Below, one piece after another: positions 1 through 10,229 of a stretch of 64,000 bases of DNA. The notes under the pieces were generated by a model that ran no database searches, was not told where the DNA came from, and saw only the letters and a list, made by a program, of their open reading frames with translations. The position numbers were made by a program, and so were the translations under genes. The number at the start of each line of letters is the position of its first letter. Position 1 is the first letter of the stretch. Source of the DNA: Pseudomonadota bacterium (GTDB taxonomy: Bacteria > Pseudomonadota > Alphaproteobacteria > Rhizobiales > Methyloligellaceae); NCBI GenBank assembly GCA_039177935.1, contig JBCDFN010000012.1:11001-75000 (forward strand), given 5' to 3'.

Positions 1-1226
1 AGTCCGGCGAGGTTAAACGTGACGAGGATACCGGCCATGATCACGAGCGCGGGCAGCGCCGTCGACTCAAGAGACACAGCAAGACCCTGAATGACGTTGG
101 TGCCATGTCCAGTCACCGACGCCTTCGCGATCTCATGGACGGGACGGAACTTTGTGGAGGTGTAGTACTCGGTGATGACGACAATCAGCGCCGTCACAAT
201 AAGTCCGACCACGCCACACAGATACAGGGACATCCCCGTGAAGCTCACATCGCCAAAGCTCACCTTCGTGTCCATGCCGATCATGAAGTGCGTCACAGGC
301 CATAGGGCGATCAGGGACAAGATGCCCGTCACGATCACGCCCTTATAGAGCGCGCCCATGATGGACTGGCTGGCGCCCAGCCGGACAAAGTAGGTGCCGA
401 TAATCGAGGTAATGACGCATGTAGCGCCGATGGCCAGCGGATAGAGCATCATCGGCTCGGTCAGGTTGCCAGTGAAGTAGATAGAGGCCAACACCATCGT
501 GGCGACAACCGTCACCACATAGGTCTCGAACAGATCGGCGGCCATGCCAGCGCAGTCGCCGACATTGTCCCCCACATTGTCCGCGATCGTCGCCGGGTTC
601 CGCGGATCGTCTTCTGGGATGCCCGCTTCGACTTTGCCGACAAGGTCTCCGCCCACATCGGCGCCCTTGGTGAAGATGCCCCCGCCCAGGCGGGCGAAGA
701 TGGAGATCAGCGAAGCGCCAAAGCCAAGGGCCACAAGCGCATCAATCACCACACGAGACGACGCGTCATGGCCGAGGATCGTCGTGAGCACCAAGTAATA
801 GAGGGCGACGCCGAGTAGCGCCAAACCCGCGACGAGAAGCCCCGTGATGGCTCCTGACTTGAAGGCCAGGCTCAGTCCGTCAGCTAGGCTCTTTGTGGCG
901 GCCTGCGCAGTGCGGACATTGGCGCGAACCGACACGTTCATGCCGATATAGCCCGCGACACCCGAGAGAATGGCGCCAAGCGCGAAGCCAATGGCCGGCA
1001 GAATGCCGAGCAGGAAGAAAAGAATGATGAAGATAACGACACCCACCAAGCCGATGGCTTGGTACTGGCGGGAGAGATAGGCCTGCGCACCTTCTTGAAT
1101 GGCCGCGGCGATTTCCTGCATCTTCGGCGTGCCGGTGTCAGCCGCCAGGATCGCTTTTCTGGTGATAACTCCATAGGCGATCGAGAGCGCGCCGCAGGCA
1201 ATAATGAGATAGAGAACCCATGTCAT
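1..1226 (-). CDS. hppA: Membrane proton-translocating pyrophosphatase (H+-PPase); C-terminal part lies outside the window
   Basis: Absent from the ORF track because it runs off the window edge. Manual minus-strand translation from the ATG at 1224-1226 gives [55 protein letters not shown]. Further in it reads [55 protein letters not shown], the hallmark H+-PPase motifs. Confidence 0.92.
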   Translation of the reverse strand, partial: MTWVLYLIIACGALSIAYGVITRKAILAADTGTPKMQEIAAAIQEGAQAYLSRQYQAIGLVGVVIFIILFFLLGILPAIGFALGAILSGVAGYIGMNVSVRANVRTAQAATKSLADGLSLAFKSGAITGLLVAGLALLGVALYYLVLTTILGHDASSRVVIDALVALGFGASLISIFARLGGGIFTKGADVGGDLVGKVEAGIPEDDPRNPATIADNVGDNVGDCAGMAADLFETYVVTVVATMVLASIYFTGNLTEPMMLYPLAIGATCVITSIIGTYFVRLGASQSIMGALYKGVIVTGILSLIALWPVTHFMIGMDTKVSFGDVSFTGMSLYLCGVVGLIVTALIVVITEYYTSTKFRPVHEIAKASVTGHGTNVIQGLAVSLESTALPALVIMAGILVTFNLAG

Positions 1227-1340
1227 AGCAGACTGTTCCTGTTTATTGGATTTGTTGGGTTTAGGATGAGCCGCGGCTGGCGAGACGACATGGCTAGTGT
1301 CCGCCGCTTGTTTCCCCCTAGAGTGGACTTAGCCGGGGCG

Positions 1341-1370
1341 GAAAATGCCAAAATTGCGTCAGAGACGCAA
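1341..1370 (-). terminator. Rho-independent terminator downstream of thiL, ending the glyA...thiL gene string
   Basis: The minus strand reads TTGCGTC-TCT-GACGCAA (perfect 7-bp stem, plus-strand coordinates 1354-1370) followed by TTTTGGCATTTTCC. Confidence 0.75.
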
Positions 1371-1417
1371 CAGAACTAGAGCCACTTACTACGAAGGGTG
1401 TAGAGACGGACAGACGC

Positions 1418-2410
1418 TCACGAAAAGTGGGTAAATCCCCTTCTTTTCAGCGACATATCGCTGCCTTCCGCATCCAGTATCCGAATCTGGCCTTCCGGCG
1501 TTACCACGCCCAGCTGGGTGAAGCTTGCTCTGTGGTCTGCGGCTTCTGATTCGAACAGCGCCGCTGAACTCTCCGAAACGGCAATCACTGGAACGTAGTC
1601 GTCCCCCGCAGCAACCATCTCCGCCAGGAGTTCGGGCATTGCCTCTAGCACCTTCCGCGCGGCCGGCGAGAATGGAATTCGGGCGGTCTCGACATCGGCC
1701 CCCACATGGGAAACATTGCAGAGTTTCTCGATATCGGCAGCAAGGCCATCGGACACATCAATCGAGGCTTTGGCAAAGTTCCTAACCATGAGCGCCGCGC
1801 TCGTCGCAACGGGCGGTGTGCGATACCGGTCAGTCAGATAGACCACGTCCTCCTCAGATAGCCCCCAGTCTTGAGCCAACGCCGGCGCCTGAAGAAGCCT
1901 CAAACCGAGATACGAGTCCCCTATTGGCCCGCCGACATAGAGTCGGTCGCCGGCCTTTGCGCCGAGCCGCGTGATGGCGGCCTCATGCTGGACGAGGCCA
2001 AGCGCCGAGATCGTTATGGTCAGTGGTCCGGGCGTCGCCGTCGTGTCGCCGCCGATGAGCGAAATGCCCGTAAGGTCCTGCACCTCGCCGAGCCCATCCG
2101 CGAACGCTTCCAGCCACTCCATGGTGGTCGCTGTCGGAAGGGCGAGCGACAACGTATAGATATAACCGCTGGCCCCTTTTGCCGTAAGATCCGACAGGTT
2201 TACCGCCAGGGCTTTGTACCCGATCGATTTGGCCGGATCGTCTTCTAGAAAGTGGACGCCGCTGACGAGCGTGTCGCAGGTGACAACAAGCTGATGATCG
2301 TCGGTGACGGTCAGGACAGCAGCGTCGTCTCTTAGTTCGAGTGCGCCGGAGTCTCTCGCTAGCGGCGCAAAGATGCGAGCAATGATGTCAAACTCTCCCG
2401 CAAGCGCCAT
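1418..2410 (-). CDS. thiL: Thiamine-monophosphate kinase
   Basis: 330-aa ORF starting MALAGEFDIIARIFAPLARD...DDAAVL, with AIR-synthase-like fold signatures (GGDTT, GDDY). It sits after nusB, as is typical. Confidence 0.9.
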   Translation of the reverse strand: MALAGEFDIIARIFAPLARDSGALELRDDAAVLTVTDDHQLVVTCDTLVSGVHFLEDDPAKSIGYKALAVNLSDLTAKGASGYIYTLSLALPTATTMEWLEAFADGLGEVQDLTGISLIGGDTTATPGPLTITISALGLVQHEAAITRLGAKAGDRLYVGGPIGDSYLGLRLLQAPALAQDWGLSEEDVVYLTDRYRTPPVATSAALMVRNFAKASIDVSDGLAADIEKLCNVSHVGADVETARIPFSPAARKVLEAMPELLAEMVAAGDDYVPVIAVSESSAALFESEAADHRASFTQLGVVTPEGQIRILDAEGSDMSLKRRGFTHFS

Positions 2411-2443
2411 GGTGAAACTCCTTTGCCGGGCCGCGCCCTCGCC

Positions 2444-2941
2444 TCAACCCTCACCGATGGCTGCGCGATCAAACTCCGCAGAGCGGACCTTCCGCGCCAG
2501 CCTATCCAGCACCCCATTTACGACCTTGGGTTCTTCGCCGCTAAAGAAGGCGTGTGCGATGTCGAGATATTCGTTGATGACGACCCGAGCCGGCACATCG
2601 TCGCGGATATGGAGCTCGAAGGCAGCAGAGCGAAGCAATGCCCGCAAGATGGAGTCCACCCGGTTGAGCCGCCAGCCTTCTGCCAGTTGCTGGTCAAGCA
2701 TGGGATCGAGCTGCCGCTGTTCGCGCACAACGCCATTGACCAAGTCGTGGAAGAACTCACTCTCGGCGGCGTGATAGTGATCTCCCTCTACCTCTTGTCC
2801 GAGACGATGAGTCTGGAATTCAGAGACCACGTCCGTGAGGTCGATGCCAGTCATATCCATCTGGTAGAGCGCCTGCACTGCCGCCAGACGCGCCGCGCTT
2901 CTTGCGTTGGCCCTGTCCGTGGGTTTTGTCTTCGATGCCAT
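2444..2941 (-). CDS. nusB: Transcription antitermination factor NusB
   Basis: 165-aa ORF containing ARSAARLAAVQALYQMDM...NGVLDRLAR, in the conserved ribH-nusB arrangement. Confidence 0.92.
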   Translation of the reverse strand: MASKTKPTDRANARSAARLAAVQALYQMDMTGIDLTDVVSEFQTHRLGQEVEGDHYHAAESEFFHDLVNGVVREQRQLDPMLDQQLAEGWRLNRVDSILRALLRSAAFELHIRDDVPARVVINEYLDIAHAFFSGEEPKVVNGVLDRLARKVRSAEFDRAAIGEG

Positions 2942-2946
2942 GGTTA

Positions 2947-3417
2947 TTAGCGCCGGCTTGCCAACGAAAACTGCTCTTCGAGGCGCATCAAGGTCAGACA
3001 GGCTCGAGCCGCGTCGCCGCCCTTGTTTCGGCCATCGACACTGGCGCGTTCCCAGGCTTGTTCCATGCTCTCACAGGTGATGATACCCGAGCCAATCGGT
3101 ACGCCATGCTGAACTGCGAGCTGCCTCAGGCCAGCAGCAGATTCTCGTGCCACAATATCGAAATGGCTTGTCTGACCGCGAATGACGCACCCGAGAGCAA
3201 TACATGCCCGATGCCGTCCCGCGCGTCCAATGAACCCGTTTGCGAGCGCAAGACTGAGGGCGAGCGGAATCTCGAGTGCGCCCGGCACAGAGATTTCCTC
3301 GAACTCGACGTCATGACCGCGCAGCTCTTCGGAGGCGCCGCGCGTGAGCTCGTCGGCAATGTCTTCGTAGAAGCGCGCCGAGATGATCAGAACGGAATTA
3401 GGCCCTTTGCGGCTCAT
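2947..3417 (-). CDS. ribH: 6,7-dimethyl-8-ribityllumazine synthase
   Basis: 156-aa ORF with VPGALEIPLA and GCVIRGQTSHFDIVA lumazine-synthase motifs. Confidence 0.92.
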   Translation of the reverse strand: MSRKGPNSVLIISARFYEDIADELTRGASEELRGHDVEFEEISVPGALEIPLALSLALANGFIGRAGRHRACIALGCVIRGQTSHFDIVARESAAGLRQLAVQHGVPIGSGIITCESMEQAWERASVDGRNKGGDAARACLTLMRLEEQFSLASRR

Positions 3418-3422
3418 TGTGC

Positions 3423-4544
3423 TTACTCCAGGCTGCGGTGACCGGCGACTGTCAATCCATAGCCTTCCAGGCCGACAATTTTTCGCGCGGGCGAGTTCGA
3501 TAGCAGAACCATTTCACGAACGCCAAGGTCCAAAAGGATCTGCGCACCGATTCCGTAGTCCATCAGCCGCGACTGACTGTCGCCATGTTTTCCATTATCG
3601 AGGCTAGCTGACACCGCATCGGGCCGAGACTCTCGGATCAAGACCACGACGCCCCGCCCTTCCCGGGCAATAATGTCCAGAGCTTTCCGGACGCAATTGT
3701 CGCAGGCAGGCGCGAGCATGTCGCCGAGCGTGTTCACCGCATGAACGCGCACAAGAACGGGGCCGCCAGAGTCGACTTCTCCCTTGACCAAGGCGACATG
3801 CTCAACGCCATCAACCGTCGTCGCATAGACCTTGGCTTGGAAGGGTTCACCTTGTGGTCCGTCGATCGTTGTGTCCGTGACAAGCCGGACGAGATGATCG
3901 TAACGAAGCCGGTAGGCAATCAAGTCGGCAATGGTCGCGATCTTCAATCGATGGTGCTCGGCGAAGGACACCAGATCTGGCAGGCGCGCCATGGTGCCGT
4001 CGTCGTTCATGATCTCGCAGATCACACCTGCCGGGTTCAGACCAGCGAGCCTTGAGATGTCGACGGCCGCCTCGGTGTGCCCGGCGCGAACGAGGACGCC
4101 GCCCTCTTTCGCCAGAAGGGGAAACACATGGCCGGGCGTGACGATATCGCGATGATCCTTGGTCGGATCGATTGCCACCGAAATCGTGCGAGCGCGGTCA
4201 TGGGCCGAGATGCCCGTCGAGACGCCTTCTCGCGCTTCGATTGAGACTGTGAAAGCGGTCGAATGCCGAGAACGGTTCGACTGTGACATCAGCTCTAGAC
4301 GCAGTTGCTTCGCGCGTTCAGCGGTAATGGACAGGCAAATGAGCCCGCGGCCGTGCTTCGCCATGAAGTTAATCGCGTCGGGCGTGGCCATTTGCGCAGG
4401 GATCACGAGGTCGCCTTCATTCTCGCGGTCCTCAGCGTCGACAAGAATGAACATCTTGCCGTTCCGGGCATCCTCGATCACTTCCTCTATGGGCGATAGA
4501 AGCCGATTTAGCTCCGTCGTTTGCGCCGTAGTCAAAGCCGTCAC
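3423..4544 (-). CDS. ribBA: Bifunctional 3,4-dihydroxy-2-butanone-4-phosphate synthase / GTP cyclohydrolase II-like protein
   Basis: 373-aa ORF. The N-terminal DHBP synthase region reads DAEDRENEGDLVIPAQ and HTEAAVDISRLAGL. A C-terminal RibA-like domain follows. Confidence 0.9.
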   Translation of the reverse strand: MTALTTAQTTELNRLLSPIEEVIEDARNGKMFILVDAEDRENEGDLVIPAQMATPDAINFMAKHGRGLICLSITAERAKQLRLELMSQSNRSRHSTAFTVSIEAREGVSTGISAHDRARTISVAIDPTKDHRDIVTPGHVFPLLAKEGGVLVRAGHTEAAVDISRLAGLNPAGVICEIMNDDGTMARLPDLVSFAEHHRLKIATIADLIAYRLRYDHLVRLVTDTTIDGPQGEPFQAKVYATTVDGVEHVALVKGEVDSGGPVLVRVHAVNTLGDMLAPACDNCVRKALDIIAREGRGVVVLIRESRPDAVSASLDNGKHGDSQSRLMDYGIGAQILLDLGVREMVLLSNSPARKIVGLEGYGLTVAGHRSLE

Positions 4545-5143
4545 GACTGTCGTCCTTCCGCTTGCGCCAGACGCGCCACGTAACGCGCGAGCAAATCGAC
4601 TTCAAGGTTTACCAGATCGCCGGGCTGCCGGTGACCCCAGCTTGTATGCTTCAGGGTAAACGGGATGATGTTGACGTCGAAGCGCGCGTCTTCCACTTCA
4701 TTGACTGTGAGTGAGACGCCATCAAGGGCGATCGAACCTTTTGATGCGACGTATTTTGCGAATTCGCCGGGGACTTCCAGGAGGAAACGCATGCTCTCGC
4801 CATCGGGGAAACGCGAGACGACTTTTGCGCACCCATCCACGTGTCCCGTGACGATATGACCACCCAGTTCCTCCCCGAGCGCCAAAGCGCGTTCGAGATT
4901 GATCATGCGTCCAGGCTCCCACGTGCCCATGGTCGTGTGACTCATGGTTTCGTTGGAGACATCGACCGTGACGGCGGCGCCGCTCTTGCGCTTCTCGATC
5001 TTCGTGAGCGTCAAACAGCATCCGTCGAAGGCAATCGAGGCGCCTAGATCGAGACTCTTCCGCTTGTAGGGCGTCTGGATGGTGAATGAGCCGCCTTTGC
5101 GCGCAACAAGCGTGCCTAGGCCGCTGACAATGCCAGTGAACAT
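4541..5143 (-). CDS. ribE: Riboflavin synthase (alpha chain)
   Basis: The track ORF 4541..5203 carries a 20-codon extension. The internal ATG at 5143 gives the canonical MFTGIVSGLG start. There is a 4-nt overlap with the ribBA start. Confidence 0.9.
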   Translation of the reverse strand: MFTGIVSGLGTLVARKGGSFTIQTPYKRKSLDLGASIAFDGCCLTLTKIEKRKSGAAVTVDVSNETMSHTTMGTWEPGRMINLERALALGEELGGHIVTGHVDGCAKVVSRFPDGESMRFLLEVPGEFAKYVASKGSIALDGVSLTVNEVEDARFDVNIIPFTLKHTSWGHRQPGDLVNLEVDLLARYVARLAQAEGRQS

Positions 5144-6249
5144 GATCCTATCCTGCGCCACCACGACATCCGATCCGGGCCGAAGTGTCGTGCGGCAATA
5201 CACTTGAAATGGCCGTTTTCTGCAAAGCGATCAAGTCCTTCACCGCCGAACGGCATCAGGCCAGCCTCACCAACCGGGTTCGGTCCCTGATAGATCACCG
5301 CTTCATCGACGAGGTCGGCATCGGCGAAAGCCTCGGCCACGGACGGTCCACCTTCGATCAGAACGCGGGTGATCCCTCTATGAGCGAGAGCCTCCAGGGC
5401 ATGTTGCGGATCGATCATTCCAAGATCGTGGACGGGAACCGGAACGATCTCCGCACCGCGGTTCTGAAGGGAAGCCGCATTGGGCTGGGGTTCGTCCGCA
5501 GCGCATAGCAGCCAAACCGGCACCATGCTGTCCTCAAACAACGTTGCCGTAGGCTGAGTGCGCAGACGTCGGTCCATCACCACGCGCACGGGCGAGCGGT
5601 CCGACAGGCCTGGTAGCCGACAGGTGAGAGATGGATTATCCGCGGCGACGGTCCGCCGCCCAACCAATATGGCATCATGCGTCGCACGAAGGAGGTGGCC
5701 GTGGGACCGGGCTTGAGGCCCTGTTGTCCAGACAGGCTTACCGTCTCCTTGGGGAATGCGCCCGTCGGATCCCATTGCCAGCTTGAGTGTCACTGCGGGG
5801 CGCCCTTCCGTAACCCGCAAGAGATGTCCGAGCGTGACGGAGGCCGCTTCTGCTGCGAGGACACCCTCGGTCACCTCGACCCCAGCGCTTGCTAGCTTTT
5901 CGATTCCGCGTCCTGCGGTACGAGGGTCGGGGTCGCGTATGCCGATGACCACGCGTTTTACCTTAGCTGCGACAATGGCGCCCGAGCATGGTGCCCCGCG
6001 CCCGCCTTCATGCGCGCAGGGCTCCAGGGTCACGTAAAGCGTGCTGCCCTCCGCACGATGTCCTGCATGATCCAAGGCAATTGCTTCGGCATGCGGCCGA
6101 CCCCCTGGCGCCGTCCAACCCCGACCAATAATCTCACCGGACGGATCAACAACAACAGCACCGACAGCCGGATTTGGCCAAACCCGCCCAAGACCCCGAC
6201 GAGCGATGCGGATAGCTTGGGACATGTAATGCGCGTCGCGCGGGTCCAT
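5116..6249 (-). CDS. ribD: Bifunctional diaminohydroxyphosphoribosylaminopyrimidine deaminase / 5-amino-6-(5-phosphoribosylamino)uracil reductase
   Basis: 377-aa ORF with the deaminase zinc motifs HAEAIAL and TLEPCAHEG, followed by a reductase domain. Confidence 0.9.
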   Translation of the reverse strand: MDPRDAHYMSQAIRIARRGLGRVWPNPAVGAVVVDPSGEIIGRGWTAPGGRPHAEAIALDHAGHRAEGSTLYVTLEPCAHEGGRGAPCSGAIVAAKVKRVVIGIRDPDPRTAGRGIEKLASAGVEVTEGVLAAEAASVTLGHLLRVTEGRPAVTLKLAMGSDGRIPQGDGKPVWTTGPQARSHGHLLRATHDAILVGRRTVAADNPSLTCRLPGLSDRSPVRVVMDRRLRTQPTATLFEDSMVPVWLLCAADEPQPNAASLQNRGAEIVPVPVHDLGMIDPQHALEALAHRGITRVLIEGGPSVAEAFADADLVDEAVIYQGPNPVGEAGLMPFGGEGLDRFAENGHFKCIAARHFGPDRMSWWRRIGSCSLALSAA

Positions 6250-6275
6250 GAGAGTTTCCTGAAAGCGCTGCTTGC

Positions 6276-6779
6276 TCAGTCGTCGAGGGCGTTGGGCTTG
6301 GCCGTTTCCATATCGCCATCTTCGTCTTCGGTACCGGCCAATTCGCCAAGGAGCGTCTCAAAATCCTTGGCCTCGCGGAAGTTCTTGTAGACTGAAGCGA
6401 AGCGGACGTAAGCAACGTCGTCCAGTCCCTTGAGTGCTTCCATCACCAGATGGCCAATCTGTTCCGAATGAACGTCGCTCTCGCCCGTATTCTCTAATCT
6501 GCGCACGATACCGCTGACCATGCGTTCGGTGCGCTCAGGGTCGACAGGCCGCTTGCGGAGGGCGACCTGGACGGACCGCATAAGCTTATCTCGATCGAAG
6601 GGGATACGGCGACCGCTGCGCTTAATGACTGTCAGCTCGCGGAGCTGCACGCGCTCAAAGGTGGTAAAGCGGCCGCCGCAGTCTGCGCAGACGCGGCGGC
6701 GCCTAATCGTTGTGTGGTCCTCGCTGGGGCGCGAGTCCTTAACTTGCGTGTTGGTGCTGCCGCAATAAGGGCACCGCAT
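6276..6779 (-). CDS. nrdR: Transcriptional repressor NrdR
   Basis: 167-aa ORF starting [46 protein letters not shown], which is a zinc ribbon followed by an ATP-cone. Confidence 0.95.
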   Translation of the reverse strand: MRCPYCGSTNTQVKDSRPSEDHTTIRRRRVCADCGGRFTTFERVQLRELTVIKRSGRRIPFDRDKLMRSVQVALRKRPVDPERTERMVSGIVRRLENTGESDVHSEQIGHLVMEALKGLDDVAYVRFASVYKNFREAKDFETLLGELAGTEDEDGDMETAKPNALDD

Positions 6780-6822
6780 GGGCGACCGCCCTCCTCTTCG
6801 TCAACACCAAGCCGTTGGGCGC

Positions 6823-8112
6823 TTAGACCTTGTAGATCGGATATCGCCCGCAGAGTTCGATAGCTTGCTGCTTTACCTTCGCTTCGACATCGCCGTTGCC
6901 CTCTTCGCCATTGGCGACGAGACCGTCGAGCACTTCAAGGATCATGCTGCCCACCTGCTGGAACTCGACAACGCCGAAGCCCCGCGTGGTACCCGCTGGC
7001 GAACCAAGACGAATACCCGACGTGATCATCGGCTTTTCAGGATCGAACGGGACGCCATTCTTGTTGCAGGTAATGAAGGCACGACCCAGAGCTTCTTCAG
7101 CCGCCTTACCGGTGAGACCCTTGGGCCGCAGATCGACCAAGATCAGGTGCGTATCGGTACCACCCGACACAAGTGCCAACCCGCCATCGACGAGTGTTTG
7201 ACCGAGTGCCCGGCAGTTATCGACGACCTGCTTGATGTAGTCCTTGAACGAGGGCTGCAGCGCCTCACCAAAGGCAACCGCCTTCCCAGCAATGACGTGC
7301 ATGAGAGGACCGCCCTGCAGACCCGGGAACACAGCCGAGTTGATCTTCTTTCCGATGTCGGTGTTGTTCGACACCACGAGGCCGGAGCGCGGTCCCCGCA
7401 ACGTCTTATGCGTCGTGGTCGTGCAGATGTCCGCATAGGGAAGCGGGCTTGGATGCAGACCAGCCGCAACGAGGCCGGCGAAGTGGGCCATATCAACGTG
7501 AAGATAGGCCCCGACGCCATCGGCGATTTCGCGGAAACGCTTGAAATCGATATGGCGCGGATAGGCGGAGCCGCCGGCGATGATGAGTTTCGGCTTGTGC
7601 TCCTTGGCCAGGCGCTCAACCTCGTCATAGTCAATGAGGTTGGTGTCCTTCGTCACGCCGTACTGGACCGCGTTGAACCATTTGCCAGATTGGTTTGGCG
7701 GCGCGCCATGGGTCAAGTGGCCGCCCGCAGCCAGGCTCATGCCCAAGATGGCATCGCCCGGCTTGATAAGCGACAGCATGACCGCCTGATTGGCCTGTGA
7801 GCCGGAATGCGGCTGCACATTCGCGTACTCGCATTCAAAAAGCTGCTTGGCGCGGTCGATGGCAATGGTCTCTACCTCGTCCACGTACTGACACCCGCCG
7901 TAATAGCGGCGCCCTGGATAGCCCTCGGCGTATTTGTTGGTCAGGAGCGTGCCGACGGCATCGATCACAGCCTGAGATACAATGTTCTCAGACGCGATCA
8001 GTTCGATCTCGTCTTGCTGCCGCTGGCCTTCACGCTCGATAGCGCCCCAAACATCGGGGTCGCTGTCCTTCAAATGTTCATTAAAGAAATCTTTGGCCGT
8101 TTTCTGCAACAT
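6823..8112 (-). CDS. glyA: Serine hydroxymethyltransferase
   Basis: 429-aa ORF with [11 protein letters not shown] and the PLP-site region [14 protein letters not shown]. Confidence 0.95.
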   Translation of the reverse strand: MLQKTAKDFFNEHLKDSDPDVWGAIEREGQRQQDEIELIASENIVSQAVIDAVGTLLTNKYAEGYPGRRYYGGCQYVDEVETIAIDRAKQLFECEYANVQPHSGSQANQAVMLSLIKPGDAILGMSLAAGGHLTHGAPPNQSGKWFNAVQYGVTKDTNLIDYDEVERLAKEHKPKLIIAGGSAYPRHIDFKRFREIADGVGAYLHVDMAHFAGLVAAGLHPSPLPYADICTTTTHKTLRGPRSGLVVSNNTDIGKKINSAVFPGLQGGPLMHVIAGKAVAFGEALQPSFKDYIKQVVDNCRALGQTLVDGGLALVSGGTDTHLILVDLRPKGLTGKAAEEALGRAFITCNKNGVPFDPEKPMITSGIRLGSPAGTTRGFGVVEFQQVGSMILEVLDGLVANGEEGNGDVEAKVKQQAIELCGRYPIYKV

Positions 8113-8284
8113 CTCCGACTGCTCCTTGAGCTTTAGCTTGTTATGGGCCCGAAAGCTGCTGCGGCTGAGTGAACCTCAGTCCCGCCAGATCAGGCTGATT
8201 TTGCCCGCTCTACCACAACTCGCTTAGCGACGCTAGCAACAGCCTAACGGTAGAACTCGCCCATCCAGAATAGTCTGTGCGAAA

Positions 8285-8305
8285 CGGAAAACTAGTCGTT
8301 TTCCG
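8285..8305 (-). other. Perfect palindromic stem-loop in the long glyA leader / ldt 3' region
   Basis: CGGAAAAC-N5-GTTTTCCG (8-bp perfect stem). On the minus strand it is followed by UUUC. Its function is unknown; it could be an attenuator or a weak terminator. Confidence 0.35.
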
Positions 8306-8494
8306 CCCATTAGCGAATGAAATCCGAGAGGCGGTTAGCCCATGCTGACACCTGTGGCGGGGCTTATGCCGAGACTGTGCAGGCTCGTAGCAATAAACAA
8401 CGCGGTGCGGACGGCCATCAGCGCCGAGGCGCGGGCCCAGAGTTAGCGCGCGGGCGTGTCCATAAACATTGTGGATGTCAACGCAGCGACGCGC

Positions 8495-9883
8495 CTAGTA
8501 GTTCGAGGCGTAGGTCCCGCGCGGGCTATCGAGGTTGTAAATGTCGGGGCGGAAATGAACCATGCCGTCTGGCGTTCCCCACCCGCTGATATAGGTGAAG
8601 TAAACCCCAATCGTTTGCGTGGCGGGGACATACTCTTGCACTGACGTGTGCCGCAGGGATTGGATCCGCGACAGGTTCCAGGACGGGTTGTTGTCGAGAA
8701 TCCACGCCGCTAGCCGGTCGACATTATGCGTCCGAACGCAGCCGTGACTCTCAAAGCGCACGGCCTTACCGAACAAGCTCTTCAGCGGTGTGTCATGAAT
8801 ATACACCGCGTCTTTGTTGGGAAAATCGATCTTGATGTACCCGAGGGAGTTCTCTTCCCAAGGCTTCTGGCGGAAGCGATAGCTGTGTACGGCGTTGCCA
8901 TACCAATCGATCGTGCGCGGGTCGACGATGTTCCCGTTGCGATCAATCGCCTCCATCCGATAGGCCGCAAGCATGTCTTGGCCGCGGCTTGAGAACTGCT
9001 GGCCCTTGGGGATGATGTCGGATTTGATGATGCTTCTCGGCACATGCCAGTACGGATTGATCTTCACCTGCGAGACCTTGCTCGACAGCTCCGGCGTCGG
9101 GTGTTGAACCTTGCCGACGACAGCTGTGTTGCGCAGCTCGACGCGCCCGCCCCGGACCGCTTCGACCTGCGCGGCCGGTACATTCACCTGGATGTAGCGG
9201 TTCGTCGTCTTGCCGGCGCGGCGCTGGAGACGCTTGAGGCTCCCTTGTAACTGCGCCAGCCGCGTACTGGCTGGAACATTGAGTGCGGCAACGGTCGCTT
9301 TTGAATCCACGACGCCCGTTGCTGGAAGGCCATGCCGGTACTGGAAGCGCTTCACTGCGGCGACAGTGGCGTTGTCATAGCGGCCGGGGGTGTACCCCGC
9401 GAGCAAGTCGCCGCTGATCTGCAGACGGCGCTGGAGCGTCTGAATATTGTTGCCGCGCCGTCCCGGCTTCATCGCCGTTGCTTGAACCATGGGCCAGCCG
9501 CCTTGCGCGACAATCGCCTTGTACTGCTGTATGGCCGAGCGGGTCGCGGCGATATTGCTCTTGGCAAGGGTTGGTGTTCCCAAGCCTGGATTGAGGATCA
9601 TCGCGACTTCGGGATCGCCCGTGGGCAATTCGGAGCGCGTTACCTCGCCCTGGGACTGTTGGTTGCGCGAACCGCCATTGAATAGACCACCAAACAGCCC
9701 GCCATTGCCGCCGGTGTTGCCAGTGTTGCCTTGGGTTGCCGCCTGCCCCTGATTGTCGCGAGACTTGAACATGTTGAACGGGCCAGCGTGAACCGGCTGC
9801 GCGCTGACGCATAGCAGCGCCACCGCGAGTCCACTGATCGTCAGGCGTGACCCGGATCTCAAGACAGCATTCAGTTTGGGCAT
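8495..9883 (-). CDS. Periplasmic L,D-transpeptidase (YkuD domain) with a peptidoglycan-binding domain
   Basis: 462-aa ORF with the signal peptide LAVALLCVSAQPVHA and the PG-binding motif VAAVKRFQYRHGLPATGVVD. The YkuD catalytic motif is IHDTPLKSLFGKAVRFESHGCVRTHN. Confidence 0.88.
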   Translation of the reverse strand: MPKLNAVLRSGSRLTISGLAVALLCVSAQPVHAGPFNMFKSRDNQGQAATQGNTGNTGGNGGLFGGLFNGGSRNQQSQGEVTRSELPTGDPEVAMILNPGLGTPTLAKSNIAATRSAIQQYKAIVAQGGWPMVQATAMKPGRRGNNIQTLQRRLQISGDLLAGYTPGRYDNATVAAVKRFQYRHGLPATGVVDSKATVAALNVPASTRLAQLQGSLKRLQRRAGKTTNRYIQVNVPAAQVEAVRGGRVELRNTAVVGKVQHPTPELSSKVSQVKINPYWHVPRSIIKSDIIPKGQQFSSRGQDMLAAYRMEAIDRNGNIVDPRTIDWYGNAVHSYRFRQKPWEENSLGYIKIDFPNKDAVYIHDTPLKSLFGKAVRFESHGCVRTHNVDRLAAWILDNNPSWNLSRIQSLRHTSVQEYVPATQTIGVYFTYISGWGTPDGMVHFRPDIYNLDSPRGTYASNY

Positions 9884-9915
9884 GCGCCGCTCCCGTCACC
9901 TGCGGCAAGTCAAGA

Positions 9916-9931
9916 CGCTTGATTATAAGCG
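9916..9931. promoter_or_regulatory. Palindrome CGCTTGATTATAAGCG just upstream of the L,D-transpeptidase start; candidate operator
   Basis: Inverted repeat CGCTT-N6-AAGCG lying 33-48 nt upstream of the ldt start codon. A related CGCTTAATT motif recurs upstream of the adjacent MarR gene. The motif is short and could arise by chance. Confidence 0.25.
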
Positions 9932-10162
9932 GATTGTTGCCACAGCTCTACCCGTTTCGGGCGCCATTGAATCCAGGCGGACCCTTACAAACCTTTAACC
10001 ACTGCAAGGTGCCCCCTGCACTGGTCAGTCGGATCAATCAGCCGCCAAATCGACTTGAATTGGTCCCCCGAATAGCGCGCCGTAAAGCACAGCCATCGCT
10101 TCGTTTGGGAAAGGTGACGGAAAAATTGGGCGAATTTGGGTGCGCTCCAGCCAGTCTAACGG

Positions 10163-10200
10163 CCGAAACAAGAGCCCCCGAGAGCAGAGAGGCTCTCGGG
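10163..10200 (-). terminator. Rho-independent terminator after the LdtR-like gene
   Basis: The minus strand reads CCCGAGAGC-CTCTCT-GCTCTCGGG (perfect 9-bp stem, coordinates 10177-10200) followed by GGCTCTTGTTTCGG. Confidence 0.6.
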
Positions 10201-10229
10201 CCGGCTTTGCCTCAGATTCTGGCCTTCAC

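Noticed and set aside
6250-6275. FMN riboswitch upstream of the riboflavin genes
   Set aside because: Only 26 nt separate nrdR from ribD, and the rib genes are tightly packed. There is no room for a ~140-nt FMN element, and no RFN-like sequence was seen elsewhere in the string.
6778-7800. 340-aa plus-strand ORF antisense to glyA
   Set aside because: It lies entirely inside the well-supported glyA CDS on the opposite strand. Its Arg/Ala/Gly-rich, low-information translation is typical of antisense frames in GC-rich DNA. No motif or RBS is present.
8113-8330. Possible ZTP (pfl) riboswitch in the glyA leader
   Set aside because: I could not find the conserved GGGTCGTGACTGGCG and CCGCCTGGGC elements. 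Only a loose TCTGGCGGG match is present, which is insufficient. An Infernal scan would be decisive.
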